A stretch of 64,000 bases of DNA from a virus (taxonomy: Duplodnaviria; Caudoviricetes). Every line of letters starts with the position of its first letter. Position 1 is the stretch's first letter. The translations under genes were made by a program, and so were the position numbers. Below, one piece after another: positions 48,751-60,137 of the stretch. The DNA is taken from the IMG/VR virus record IMGVR_UViG_3300032218_003260; one strand, 5' to 3'. Under the pieces are notes generated by a model. The model worked only from the letters and a program-made list of their open reading frames with translations. It did no database searches and was not told the DNA's origin.

Positions 48751-49101
48751 TCAAGCATCGCCAGCCGGCGCAGTAGCCGGGGCTACCGGTTCTTGTGGTT
48801 TAGGCGGCCCTGAGAAAAACAAGCGCTCTAAACCCGTTTTAAGATCGGCACCAAGCAATTCAAGAATGCGGGCTTCGGCCTGCGCTTGCGTGTAGTCGCC
48901 GGCAGCGTCGTAGGCATCGCCGAGCCAAAGAACTATAAACTGCGGGAACCGATCAATCTGCGCCATCGTTGACCGCGCGGTGGCGTTGTCGTGAAGCGTG
49001 ACATTGAGTTTGTCTACCGTAAACGGCGGAAACTCTCGCGTTGTGCCATCTAAAAATTTGACGCTTGGGGGTTGAATCGTAACTGGTTGCGGTAAATTCA
49101 T
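48751..49101 (-). CDS. small fibre-associated protein, paralog B
   Basis: Shares YDAAGDYTQAQ with 44799-45113. Confidence 0.7.
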   Translation of the reverse strand: MNLPQPVTIQPPSVKFLDGTTREFPPFTVDKLNVTLHDNATARSTMAQIDRFPQFIVLWLGDAYDAAGDYTQAQAEARILELLGADLKTGLERLFFSGPPKPQEPVAPATAPAGDA

Positions 49102-49102
49102 G

Positions 49103-52100
49103 TCAGATGATCCCTAAAATTGAGGTGCCGTTGATGCCTTTGTCGTACGACAAAATAACGTTTCCATTAATGGCGCCTGCTTTTACGTAAGCGTGTTTTC
49201 GCAGCGTGCAACTACCGCCAATATTAGCCAAATAATACCACGGACAGTTCCCCGGGCCGCCCGCCCAGCTTGGCGAATCAATATAGGAGTTGTCGTTTAA
49301 TTGGCAATTGCCGCCTATCACTGCGCCATAAACGTACGCGTTGTTGTTTAACGTTACACTGCCCCCGACCGCTGTTTGCACCACATCATACTGCGGTTCC
49401 CACCAGTTCCCGCTCGGCGGGCGCCGGCTGTAGTTTATACGGCTATTGTGGTTTGCTGTAACGTCACCTGAAATTGTTCCGCGGTCAGGCGTTTGATGTG
49501 AATTGTCATTAAACACAGCGGAGCCGCTAATGCCCCACGATTGAGACATGTATAAACCATCAGAAAGATTCTGCGAAGAATTATTAAACGTGCAATTTCC
49601 CACGTGGTAGCCGTAAGCGTCAATTGCTGCGCTATCGTAAAAGACGCTGGTGCCGCTGACAGTGGCGATTAGTCTTGAACTGCCGCGGAACGTGCAATTG
49701 CCGGTAATAAAAGCGCCAGTAGAGATTCCGGGATACCCATAATCATAATTTGTGCCCGTGCTGCTAACGTCATAAAACGTGCAATCTCCCGTGATGTAGT
49801 TTCTGTTGTACGAAGAGTCGTGGAAAACGCAGATTCCGACGATGGTGCCGTAGTTGTACGAAGAGTTGTAAAACGTGCAGGCTCCGTAGATGGTGTTGTA
49901 GTTGTACGAAGAGTTGTAAAACGTGCAGGCTCCGTAGATGGTGTTGTAGTTGTACGAACTGTAGCCGTTGAACGTGCAGTCTCCGTAGATGGTGCCGGAG
50001 TTGTACGAACTGTAACCGTTGAACGTGCAGTCTCCGTAGATGGTGCCGTAGTTGACGTAGTAGTAATAAAACGTCCAATTCTGTCCCGCTGTGGTGAAGA
50101 CCCAACCGCTTGTGTTAAGCGACCAATCACTATACATAAAAAACGAAACCGGGCTAGATGAATTGAAAGTAATGGTGCCGAAAATACTACCACCACCATA
50201 CGATGAAGTGCCAACTGGATCATCATAGTAGAAACTGTTTGTGAACGTCGCGTTGCCACTGACGACGCCGGCCAAAGTAACGTTATAGTAGCCCCAACCA
50301 GAATTGGTTGAATAGTCGTTGAACGTCGCGTTGCCGTAGACGCCGCCGGGGCCGGTCGAGCCGGGGCCATTTATGGAAGCGTTCCTGTAGTTTCGCGAAG
50401 ACCCGCCGAACGTTGCATCGCCGTTGACGGTGCCGCAATTAAACGAATCACTATTACCGCTAAAAAAAGCATTTCCATTGACGGTGCCAATGTTGGACGC
50501 CGGGCCGTTGAACGTAGTGGTTCCGTTAACGACGCCGTAGTTGTACGAAGCGCCGTTGAACGTCGCGTCGCCTTTGAGTGTACCGCTGTTTCCCAATGTG
50601 TAGCCGTAGCTGTAGTAATTGCTGCTTTCGTTAAACGTCCAGCTCTGTCCGGCTGTGGTGAAAACCCAATAGGTTGTGTCGGCCGTCCAATTATCATAGG
50701 TTATCGTGAATGCTACAGGGCTTGCTGAGTTGAACGTGACTGTTCCGCGTGGCCAGACGGCGCCAACTGGATTTTTGTCGTAGGCGCTGGCTGTGAACGT
50801 CGCGTCGCCAATGACGGTGCCGCCGTTGTACGAACTGTCGTTGAATGTGGCATTGCCGGTGACGGTGCTGATGCTGCTGGTATACGAACCGTTGTTAAAT
50901 GTAGCATCCCCGCTGACGTCGCCGTTATTTTGCGAACTGTCGTTGAACGTGCAGTTGCCGGTGATGGATCCGTTGCTGTACGAATTGCCGCTAAACGTGC
51001 AGTCTCCGGTGATGGTGCCGCCGTTGTACGAACTGTCGCTAAACGTGCAGTCTCCGGTAATGGTGCCGCCGTTGTTGTACGAACTGTCGTTGAAAGTCGC
51101 GTTGCCAGTGACGGTGCCGCCGCTGTTGGACGAACTGTCGTTAAACGTCGCGTCTCCGGTAACGCCGCCAGCGTAATTGTTGTTCGAACTGTCGTTGAAC
51201 GTCGCATCGCCGTTTACGATGCCGAAGTCGTTGTACGAACTGGCGTTGAACGTGGCGTTGCCACTGACGGTGCCGGTGTTGTACGAACCGTCATTGAACG
51301 TCGCGTCTCCGCTGACGGTGCCGCCGCTGTTGGATGAACTGTCGTTGAACGTGGCGTTGCCACTGACGGTGCCGGTGTTGTACGAACTGTTGTTGAACGT
51401 GCAATTGTCGGTGATGGTGCCGCTGTTGTACGAACTGGCGTTGAACGTGGCGTTGCCACTGACGGTGCCGGTGTTGTACGAAATGTCGTTGAACGTGCAA
51501 TTGTCGGTGATGGCGCCGCTGTTGTACGAACTGTCGTAAAAACTCCAGAACGGCACACAGTTCGGGAACACCCAGTTCGTGGTGTCGTAAGTCCAAGAGT
51601 CCTCGCCCGCCAACCGGAACGACACGTTGTTGCCGGTGAACGTGCGGACGCCGGACACGGTGCCGAGCATCCCGTAGGAATACTCGCCGTCCATAGCGAA
51701 CGTCGCATCGCCTGTCACGATGCCTTGGGTGTTAATATTTAAAGAATTTGTTGACCCTTCATCAAACGTGGCGTTGCCATTCACGGTTCCGTAGTTGTAT
51801 GCCTGATTAATGAAATTACAGTCGCCGTTGACAACCCCACCAAAAATGGTGCAGGTGTCAAGCGTGCAGTCGCCGTTGACCGTGCCGTTCACGTTTACGC
51901 CATACAACGTACCTTCGTTGAGAATGTTGAGAACGCCTTCTGCTCCAATAGAAAAATACGTCGCATATCCGGTCGTGATGGCGATGGAAAGCGTAAAGAC
52001 ACTACCGCCATAAACCGCATTCACAGTCGGTTCGTTGCCGCCGTTGCTGTCTACGTTTGCATACAAATACACATCATCCGCACTCGTCGGCAGAGCGTCG

Positions 52101-52186
52101 GCCGGAACCGTGAACTGGTCGTCCTGCCACCAGTTGCCCAGTGTGTTCCAATCGGTATCGACGGCGGCGTTGTAGTAGAGATTCAT
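49103..52186 (-). CDS. beta-solenoid repeat fibre/spike protein
   Basis: 1027 aa; 16-17-aa TF(N/Y)DSSYNxGTIxGDC repeats, including near-exact 48-bp DNA tandem repeats near 49830-50060. Confidence 0.8.
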   Translation of the reverse strand: MNLYYNAAVDTDWNTLGNWWQDDQFTVPADALPTSADDVYLYANVDSNGGNEPTVNAVYGGSVFTLSIAITTGYATYFSIGAEGVLNILNEGTLYGVNVNGTVNGDCTLDTCTIFGGVVNGDCNFINQAYNYGTVNGNATFDEGSTNSLNINTQGIVTGDATFAMDGEYSYGMLGTVSGVRTFTGNNVSFRLAGEDSWTYDTTNWVFPNCVPFWSFYDSSYNSGAITDNCTFNDISYNTGTVSGNATFNASSYNSGTITDNCTFNNSSYNTGTVSGNATFNDSSSNSGGTVSGDATFNDGSYNTGTVSGNATFNASSYNDFGIVNGDATFNDSSNNNYAGGVTGDATFNDSSSNSGGTVTGNATFNDSSYNNGGTITGDCTFSDSSYNGGTITGDCTFSGNSYSNGSITGNCTFNDSSQNNGDVSGDATFNNGSYTSSISTVTGNATFNDSSYNGGTVIGDATFTASAYDKNPVGAVWPRGTVTFNSASPVAFTITYDNWTADTTYWVFTTAGQSWTFNESSNYYSYGYTLGNSGTLKGDATFNGASYNYGVVNGTTTFNGPASNIGTVNGNAFFSGNSDSFNCGTVNGDATFGGSSRNYRNASINGPGSTGPGGVYGNATFNDYSTNSGWGYYNVTLAGVVSGNATFTNSFYYDDPVGTSSYGGGSIFGTITFNSSSPVSFFMYSDWSLNTSGWVFTTAGQNWTFYYYYVNYGTIYGDCTFNGYSSYNSGTIYGDCTFNGYSSYNYNTIYGACTFYNSSYNYNTIYGACTFYNSSYNYGTIVGICVFHDSSYNRNYITGDCTFYDVSSTGTNYDYGYPGISTGAFITGNCTFRGSSRLIATVSGTSVFYDSAAIDAYGYHVGNCTFNNSSQNLSDGLYMSQSWGISGSAVFNDNSHQTPDRGTISGDVTANHNSRINYSRRPPSGNWWEPQYDVVQTAVGGSVTLNNNAYVYGAVIGGNCQLNDNSYIDSPSWAGGPGNCPWYYLANIGGSCTLRKHAYVKAGAINGNVILSYDKGINGTSILGII

Positions 52187-52189
52187 GCG

Positions 52190-53539
<1,350 letters not shown>

Positions 53540-53565
<26 letters not shown>

Positions 53566-53812
53566 TTACAGGTGTTAAATTACCGGCGCGCAAGGCTACA
53601 AATTTTCCGGCGTAATATTCGTCGGCATCGTCTTGGGAAAATCCGTCGCGCAAAAGCTTGGCATAAATTTTTGCGCGGCTATAAACGGCCACCGGCGCCT
53701 CGTTGGCAATGTACCCGAGCCCGATAAGCGCCGAATCCATGTTGTCAAACAACACGGCTTCAGGATTTAAATCGGATAGTTCGGCGAGGGTGCGTTGCGA
53801 TTGTGCTGTCAT
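53540..53812 (-). CDS. conserved-looking phage hypothetical protein
   Basis: D.ALIG.......AVYS..KI...L..DG....DA.EY...G..TPVIV. Confidence 0.65.
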
Positions 53813-54306
53813 TTTCTTACTCCAATGTGGAGATCTTCTAGAAATAAGATAGCAATATCGCTAGCGCGGCGATAGCCTTCGCGCACGCCCTTTTGATATT
53901 CGGGGTGCCCGGGGGGTGTATTTTTCTCCGGCATATCGGCAATAGTTGCGAGAACCGCCACAAATCTATTCTGTAACCTCCGATACTCTGGCGAATTTAA
54001 AACCACAGATGCCTCGACAGCGGCTGCTGGGGCAGCTATCTCTGCGGATACCGCTGGTTTAAGCCCCATCTTTTGCATAGCCCGCGTAGAGCGGGTAAGT
54101 GCGTCAAAGTCGCGAAATGTCTGCGCTGACCGCGGCACATACTTTTGCGCAAGTTGATGCAACGTTAAGCACAGGTGCGCTAACTCTTCGCCCGCCGTTT
54201 TTTGCTGCCGTTTAATTTCACGCTGCGTCGCTGTCTCCAGCGTTATACGAACAAACTTTTCGCGATCGGCTTTTTTCTGCGCAACTTCCGGCGACAAAAC
54301 TAGCAT
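53809..54306 (-). CDS. hypothetical protein
   Basis: ATG 54306 with AAAGGA RBS. Confidence 0.55.
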   Translation of the reverse strand: MLVLSPEVAQKKADREKFVRITLETATQREIKRQQKTAGEELAHLCLTLHQLAQKYVPRSAQTFRDFDALTRSTRAMQKMGLKPAVSAEIAAPAAAVEASVVLNSPEYRRLQNRFVAVLATIADMPEKNTPPGHPEYQKGVREGYRRASDIAILFLEDLHIGVRK

Positions 54307-54316
54307 ATGAATCCTT

Positions 54317-54946
54317 TCATGTATGCGGGGCAGTCTTACGCGAAACAACAGAAAATAACCGATAAATCTCGTCGTGCGTCGAGTCGGCCGGCGAGTCAGC
54401 ATTGATGTGATGCACAATGCTGGCGTGGGGGCGGTGCGCCGCGTGTGTCTTGTACGCCGCCCGCATTCTGTGCTGGTCCTCGACGCACCGCCGTTCGTAC
54501 CGGTCGGGGCGCGTGTGACCAACGGGGCGGCGCTTCCTGACATTCTCTGGCGCTATGTCCATGAGAAACAGAATGTCAGGGCAGATGTATGACGTCTCGC
54601 GAAAAATGTTGACGATCAGGTCCGTTGATATGTTATTTATTTCGCCCTGATAGACGAGCGTAGACAACAGCCACCGATCGCATATCACAACCTGCCCCTG
54701 CGCCAACAGTTCGTTGATGTGAGCCGATAACTCTGCCCGGGCGGCCGAGAACAACAGCATTTGTGCGGCGGGTGTGATCGGCGCGTCGTTGTGCAGAAGG
54801 ATCTGCCGTATAGCCGTACCAATGCTCGTTGTTCCCGGATCGGCTACCTGTGTCGCGGCTACGCCTTCTTTATGCAACCGCTGCAACAACATGCGCGCCT
54901 GCGTCGTCTTGCCGGCGCCGTCGATTCCTTCGAAGCAAACGAACAC
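54317..54946 (-). CDS. tmk: thymidylate (dTMP) kinase
   Basis: FEGIDGAGKTTQ; DPG; LLFSAAR; CDRWLLSTLVYQG; PD. Confidence 0.95.
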   Translation of the reverse strand: MFVCFEGIDGAGKTTQARMLLQRLHKEGVAATQVADPGTTSIGTAIRQILLHNDAPITPAAQMLLFSAARAELSAHINELLAQGQVVICDRWLLSTLVYQGEINNISTDLIVNIFRETSYICPDILFLMDIAPENVRKRRPVGHTRPDRYERRCVEDQHRMRAAYKTHAAHRPHASIVHHINADSPADSTHDEIYRLFSVVSRKTAPHT

Positions 54947-54960
54947 TGGGTTCCTTTCGT

Positions 54961-55275
54961 TTAGCGACCGGTAATTTGAAAGCTAGGGGTGTCGCCGGCA
55001 ACGGGTTTTGTTATTTTGCTCTGTGTGCCGGTGATACCAATATCGTCGGGCACAGGGATAACAAGTTCGGCCAGCGGCTCAAAGAGCAACAGTTCGCGAC
55101 CGTCGGCAAATCGAAGCGCCAGCCCGTTCGGCGTATGCCCGACCCCGACAACGCTATTTGTGGCCAACCACGTGGCGGCGTATTCGCAAAAAGCTTTTAG
55201 CTGGTCGCTGACGAGTTCTGGCTTATTTGCCGTAAAATCAGCGAGGATATTATTCAACACTTCGCTTGCGGGCAT
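54961..55275 (-). CDS. hypothetical protein
   Basis: GGAGG RBS. Confidence 0.55.
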   Translation of the reverse strand: MPASEVLNNILADFTANKPELVSDQLKAFCEYAATWLATNSVVGVGHTPNGLALRFADGRELLLFEPLAELVIPVPDDIGITGTQSKITKPVAGDTPSFQITGR

Positions 55276-56011
55276 ATCGAACCTCCCTTTTCTTTTTAAC
55301 AGCCGCTGGTTTTGCTATTTCTGCTTCGGCTGCCTTGGCGCGTATCCCGGTTGTAGATTGTGCTACGAGTTTGTCAAGTTTGGCTTTTTGCCGACACTCT
55401 TTAATCGCGCGGCTTACGTCGCTCAGAAGATTGCGCGCGGCGTGTGAAAACAGCCGTAGCATGTAGAACCGCTCAGCTGCGCGCAACGCCAGTAAGTCGC
55501 CGTCAAGTTGGGTAAGAATCTTTTTTGCTTTTGGTACAGCCGCTGTTCCATTTTCAGTGACCAGCACCAGCAAATCTTTAGCGGTACAGATGATGTCGGA
55601 AAGCACGATGATCTGCGCGCCGACCGGACTACCGCTGACGCGACCCCGAAACTCCATATCGCGTTTTGTCTCGACCATGCGAAAATCGCGGCTAATGTCT
55701 GCAACCATCGCAGCCACTTGTACGGTCGAAATCTCGGCAATGTTTTCAAATGCGCACGCGCTCACATTAAGAACGTCGTGCAAAAGAGCGCCCTGAATAA
55801 TTGACGAAATGCTGTCTTTCGTGTCGTCGGGTAAGTAGTCAGCGCGGACATCTTGATACAGTTTGTGAGCAATTGTCTCGGCTTGCCGCGCTACCTGTTT
55901 GCTGTGCTCTATAAGACTGATTCCGGCGTTGGTGCGTAGATCTCGGTAGTGCTGCTCGGCGAAAGCCAGTATTTGCCGTAATGGCACTACTGGGTTGTCA
56001 GATTTTTTCAT
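55250..56011 (-). CDS. HD-domain protein resembling the SpoT/Mesh1 hydrolase fold, degenerate
   Basis: AFAEQHY...R..AG....EH...VA...ALLHDVLN (lacks the canonical HDxxED); GGAG RBS at 56011. Confidence 0.6.
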   Translation of the reverse strand: MKKSDNPVVPLRQILAFAEQHYRDLRTNAGISLIEHSKQVARQAETIAHKLYQDVRADYLPDDTKDSISSIIQGALLHDVLNVSACAFENIAEISTVQVAAMVADISRDFRMVETKRDMEFRGRVSGSPVGAQIIVLSDIICTAKDLLVLVTENGTAAVPKAKKILTQLDGDLLALRAAERFYMLRLFSHAARNLLSDVSRAIKECRQKAKLDKLVAQSTTGIRAKAAEAEIAKPAAVKKKREVRYARKRSVE

Positions 56012-56028
56012 GGCATCTCCATATGCCG

Positions 56029-57072
56029 TCACACAAGTTTGAGTAGCGTTTGCCAGCCTAGCTCAAACGATTTGCGGCGCGTTGATAAGTTGTAGTTCAC
56101 CCGGCGGTTGAGGTTGTCGATATGCACGGGCTCTGCAATAAATGTCTGCAGGACAGTGATCAGATGTTCATAATCTGGCGCTGCGTGAGGAACGCCATTT
56201 TCGTCGTAGTCTACTCGCGTTTTTACAAGCACGCCATTCGCATCTTGATACACGAAGTCAATCTGCGGAGACAGGGCAAATGAAAGTACTGGTGTCCCGC
56301 AATTGATAGACGTCAGACTACAAAACCCGTAGTTGTCGCACTCAGCGGGCAGTATCGTCAAATCGTGCGCCGTGTACATAGCCGGGCGTTTGGCGAGCGG
56401 CGTGTTGCGCACCAGTTTTACGCGCCCGTTTGTTTTGCGACCGAGCGTTTGAAAAAACTTGGCCACAGACGGGGCAAACCGGCAAGACGTAATCGCTACC
56501 GTGAGCTGCGCGTCTGGCATACGTTCAAGCAGGTAGCCGAGCAGGCCGAGAAACTGGCTGTTCGCGCAGCGAGCGTTCCGGTCAAACCACGGTAAAAATA
56601 TCTTTACCTGCCGACTGTTCACCGGCTTAGTTTTTTTTGTGGTTGGCAAACCGACGTCAAATGGAATGTACGTGACGTTCTTTAATTTATAGACTTTGGC
56701 AAAAAGCTCGCGCGCTTCTGAGTTCATAGCAATTACGTGGTCAACGCGCTGCATGGCTTTACGAAACGGCCGCATAAGCTCTTGCCACATCGGAACGATA
56801 ATTGTGCGTATTCCAAAACGCCGAATAAAATTCAACGTGTCAAGCCGCGGCGGTTGGGTGTAAATAATTGTGTGGCACGTTTTTGCCCAGTGAGTAAACG
56901 GGCATTTCTTTTTATGAATGACAATGCGGTCGTGGTGCGTGCAAAGCTTCGCCGGCGATGCGTCAGAGTAAATGGTGTACTCGACGCCTTGTGTACGTAA
57001 AAAATCAGCCAGCCGCACAGCAAAGTACGCTTCGTCACAGTGAGCGTAGTGTGTATAGATACCAATGCGCAT
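56029..57072 (-). CDS. GT-B glycosyltransferase (divergent family 4-like)
   Basis: HDLTILPAECDNYGFCSLTSINCGTPVLSF...NGVLV. Confidence 0.7.
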   Translation of the reverse strand: MRIGIYTHYAHCDEAYFAVRLADFLRTQGVEYTIYSDASPAKLCTHHDRIVIHKKKCPFTHWAKTCHTIIYTQPPRLDTLNFIRRFGIRTIIVPMWQELMRPFRKAMQRVDHVIAMNSEARELFAKVYKLKNVTYIPFDVGLPTTKKTKPVNSRQVKIFLPWFDRNARCANSQFLGLLGYLLERMPDAQLTVAITSCRFAPSVAKFFQTLGRKTNGRVKLVRNTPLAKRPAMYTAHDLTILPAECDNYGFCSLTSINCGTPVLSFALSPQIDFVYQDANGVLVKTRVDYDENGVPHAAPDYEHLITVLQTFIAEPVHIDNLNRRVNYNLSTRRKSFELGWQTLLKLV

Positions 57073-57075
57073 GTG

Positions 57076-58998
57076 TTATTGAGCAGGAGCGCCTTGGCCA
57101 AACTGTTGCGCCATCACCATTGCGCCGCCCTGAGAACGCGCCTGTTGCCGGATGTCGTCAATGATGCTGGTCACAAGCGCGTGCATCGTTGAATCCGCCC
57201 GTTTCAATTTAATCAACTCGCCGTCTTTTGTAGACTCAGGCATAGACAGTAGCTGATTGGCAATAAGCTGTGCTTGTTGCTGCAGCTCTTCTGGTGTTCT
57301 TGGTACGTTTGGCGAATTCTGCCGTTGAGACAGGAACTGATCGACCGGGCTTGGCATCTGACCCGGCATACCACCCGCGGGGGCTTGAGCCGGCGGGCCG
57401 CCTCCTTGCGGCATACCCGTAGCGCCGGCACCGGTGTTGCCGACACCTGACATCATGTCGGGCGCCTGACTCATGTCTTTCATCTGCTGCGCCTGCTGCA
57501 TCTCTGCCTGCATGTGCTCCTGCTCTTCCGCGTAGATCTTTTCTTCTTCGAGCATCTGTTTGATCTCGTCGCGGTAATCCAGACCAACGCTCGACAGGCC
57601 GGTGCTCTTACTGATCTGCTGCCCCTGCATGAGCTGCAGCTTGGCCATCTGGCGATTGAGGTCGTCGGCGTGCGTGACGCGCATAAGCTTGACGCTCACC
57701 GGCTCCCAAGACATGACGCGCGAAATAGCCGACACCAGTTCGTTAAGGAACAGGTTCATGTTGTGCGGTAGGTGGCTCCAGTTCGCCTCAAACAGCCGTA
57801 GAGCCGCCGGGGCGGCTTGGAGAGTTAACGTGCCGTTAAACAGCTCGACCGGCATACCGATGCACTTCAGTAACGTCTCTAAGCCCTGATCGAGCAAGTC
57901 TCGTGGCGCAAGTTGAGACGCGTCGCCGCCGAGCGCTTGATACTGCACCGGAAACGGAAGAATGTTCCAGCGCGCAGGGTCGGTGCGGCGCGCACGAATC
58001 ATCGAATTTACACGCGCCGTAAAGCTTGACAGGTTAATCGTGTGAACAGGGTCGGACGACTGCGCGTCGCCACCGCGCGGCATCGGCGTGATCACGCGGA
58101 ACGGGATAACATAATCGAGCGCCACGGCTTCGTTGTAGCGCTTGAGGATCTGGTAGTACCACGCTTCTCGAAAGTTGGAAAGCACGCGCGAGATGCCCCA
58201 CCCGCGGTTTCGCATGCCGGCGAGTGGATCTTCTTTCAAGTGAAAAATAACGCCCTTGTCGAACATCAAGTTCTGGCCGTTCTTGATCGCCTGAATGACT
58301 TCCCAACTCGCGCGCTCAAGATGATGCAGATGCCCTTGCTTGATCAGCGTGCGATAGTCTTCGGGAATCTTCCACACGTACGAGCATTCGCCGGTGTACG
58401 GGTCCCACAAGATATCAATTTCGTGCGGGCTCCAGCGCTTGACTGTGATGTGGCCTGTGTCGCCGCTGCGCCGGTCAACGTGTTTCCAAGGTCCGACGTA
58501 TTTGCATTTCGGACAGCTCGCGTGAAACTGGAAGTTCTGCCACGAAAACGCGCACTGGTCTGAGTTCATTACCCGATCTAGCGGCATCTCTAGCCCGCAC
58601 TTAGGGCAGAACAAGTATCGGCGAAACGGCACGAGCAAACTGGTAAAAGAATTTCCGTAGGTCATGTAATCCATGCCTACAGCGTGCAGCACGTTTTTAA
58701 TGCTCAGCGTGTCAGCTAAAAACGTTTCGTATTTTTCTTTTTCTTCGCGCCCTGTTTTGTTTTCGCCAACGTCCCGAATTTCAACGTCAGTAATAAAGTA
58801 TGACACGACGCGATCAATGGCCTGCCTATACGGGCCATTCGCGTTCATGATGTATTCCGTCCAGCGCAGTGCCGTCTGGATGCTCTCTGGCATCGACAAA
58901 CTGGCTACGTCACAGAACGGATCGGGAAACCGCTCGTCGGCCTGTACGCCGCGGCCGAGCGAGTTGTACCCCATAGAAGCAGATGGTTGGAGCGACAC
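57076..58998 (-). CDS. probable portal protein
   Basis: 640 aa with alternating helix/beta sections and a low-complexity M/Q/G C-terminus, as in large-phage portals; no diagnostic motif. Confidence 0.5.
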   Translation of the reverse strand: MSLQPSASMGYNSLGRGVQADERFPDPFCDVASLSMPESIQTALRWTEYIMNANGPYRQAIDRVVSYFITDVEIRDVGENKTGREEKEKYETFLADTLSIKNVLHAVGMDYMTYGNSFTSLLVPFRRYLFCPKCGLEMPLDRVMNSDQCAFSWQNFQFHASCPKCKYVGPWKHVDRRSGDTGHITVKRWSPHEIDILWDPYTGECSYVWKIPEDYRTLIKQGHLHHLERASWEVIQAIKNGQNLMFDKGVIFHLKEDPLAGMRNRGWGISRVLSNFREAWYYQILKRYNEAVALDYVIPFRVITPMPRGGDAQSSDPVHTINLSSFTARVNSMIRARRTDPARWNILPFPVQYQALGGDASQLAPRDLLDQGLETLLKCIGMPVELFNGTLTLQAAPAALRLFEANWSHLPHNMNLFLNELVSAISRVMSWEPVSVKLMRVTHADDLNRQMAKLQLMQGQQISKSTGLSSVGLDYRDEIKQMLEEEKIYAEEQEHMQAEMQQAQQMKDMSQAPDMMSGVGNTGAGATGMPQGGGPPAQAPAGGMPGQMPSPVDQFLSQRQNSPNVPRTPEELQQQAQLIANQLLSMPESTKDGELIKLKRADSTMHALVTSIIDDIRQQARSQGGAMVMAQQFGQGAPAQ

Positions 58999-59010
58999 GG
59001 GCGCCTCGTG

Positions 59011-59160
59011 CTATTTGGCCGTTGTTTGCACAGTGTCCGCGGCTCGTTTGCGGAAATCACTATCAAGCGCTTGAACCTGCGCTTTCTTTTCTGCTGGTTG
59101 TACGGCGTCTTCGTGCTCAGGGGGTGTGACGCCGGCTTTTATAACTCCACATTTTTCCAC
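59011..59160 (-). CDS. 49-aa peptide with KxA motifs
   Basis: Not in the ORF track. GTG start; MEKCGVIKAG...EKKAQ...KRAADTVQTTAK. Confidence 0.5.
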   Translation of the reverse strand: MEKCGVIKAGVTPPEHEDAVQPAEKKAQVQALDSDFRKRAADTVQTTAK

Positions 59161-59163
59161 GGT

Positions 59164-60078
59164 TTAAACCTCGTCGTAATTTGCCCGCACGGCGCGCTCA
59201 ACGAGTAAAACACAGTACTCGCGGTTATCATAAACATACTGAAATCCCGTCGTATGGACAAGGTATAACCGCCGATCGTCGTTAATTTGCACAGCCCACG
59301 GCCGCTGATATGGATCATTTGACGGCGGAAACCATCGAGCCGCGTTTTGCTCAAAACGCAGATCGTAAATTAATACGATGAAACCGTTCTCCTCGATGCT
59401 GTCGGGAGAGACCTGCGCAACAGACACAATTACGTCGTGAAAAAACGCCGGAACTGTGCCGATGCCCTCTTTTTCAAAATACAGCAATTTCTGCGGCGGG
59501 CCTGCTTTGTGCGCTGTAGCTGTTGCCGTCGGGACGGGATTGTTTGATTGTTTCTTCAAACCAAACGCGGCCATTGGACTGTAGTTTCGATCAATTTTTT
59601 CAAGCGGCGGCATAGCCGGCGGTGGGTCTAGTTCCGCTACCAAATTTGCCGCCAGCTCTTCTTCTGTTTCTTCCGGTTGTGGCGCCGGTTGCACAACTTG
59701 TTTCTTTGCGCGGGTAACGGGCACGCGCTGTACGCCGGCTTTTTCCATTTTTGATAACTCTTCAAACACCATAGCAGCTCGCTCCCTAATAGCATTGATA
59801 TCATTACCGGAAATGGCTGCCTGCGCGGTAGCCAAAGCTTGTTCAACAGCTGGGGCAGTCATCTGGTCGAGTGTTAAACCGCCGACGTTTGTGCCGTTTG
59901 GATCGACAACATTGATTTTAATTTTTGACCGGTCGTGCGGATTAAAATTAATCGGGATACCGCCGGGGGTAGCCGGCGCCACGATTACCCCCTTGAGGCC
60001 CTTGCTGCCACGCATAACGTCAAGCATGGTGCGGCCGTTTTCCATCCGCTCACTTGCTGGGTCTCGGTAGTCGGGCAT
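59164..60078 (-). CDS. hypothetical protein
   Basis: GGAG RBS at ATG 60078; 304 aa. Confidence 0.6.
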   Translation of the reverse strand: MPDYRDPASERMENGRTMLDVMRGSKGLKGVIVAPATPGGIPINFNPHDRSKIKINVVDPNGTNVGGLTLDQMTAPAVEQALATAQAAISGNDINAIRERAAMVFEELSKMEKAGVQRVPVTRAKKQVVQPAPQPEETEEELAANLVAELDPPPAMPPLEKIDRNYSPMAAFGLKKQSNNPVPTATATAHKAGPPQKLLYFEKEGIGTVPAFFHDVIVSVAQVSPDSIEENGFIVLIYDLRFEQNAARWFPPSNDPYQRPWAVQINDDRRLYLVHTTGFQYVYDNREYCVLLVERAVRANYDEV

Positions 60079-60094
60079 AAAAGCTCCAATAGCT

Positions 60095-60137
60095 AAAAAA
60101 GGGGGCAACGAATGGCCGAAGCCTAGACGTTGCCCCC
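60095..60137 (-). terminator. intrinsic terminator
   Basis: 10-bp stem GGGGGCAACG/CGTTGCCCCC plus U6. Confidence 0.8.

Noticed and set aside
49830-50060. 48-bp tandem repeats as a CRISPR array
   Set aside because: The repeats are contiguous and in frame inside a long ORF; there are no unique spacers and no cas genes.
45539-52186. Diversity-generating retroelement TR/VR pair
   Set aside because: The repeat differences are not adenine-specific, both copies are coding, and no reverse transcriptase is present in the window.
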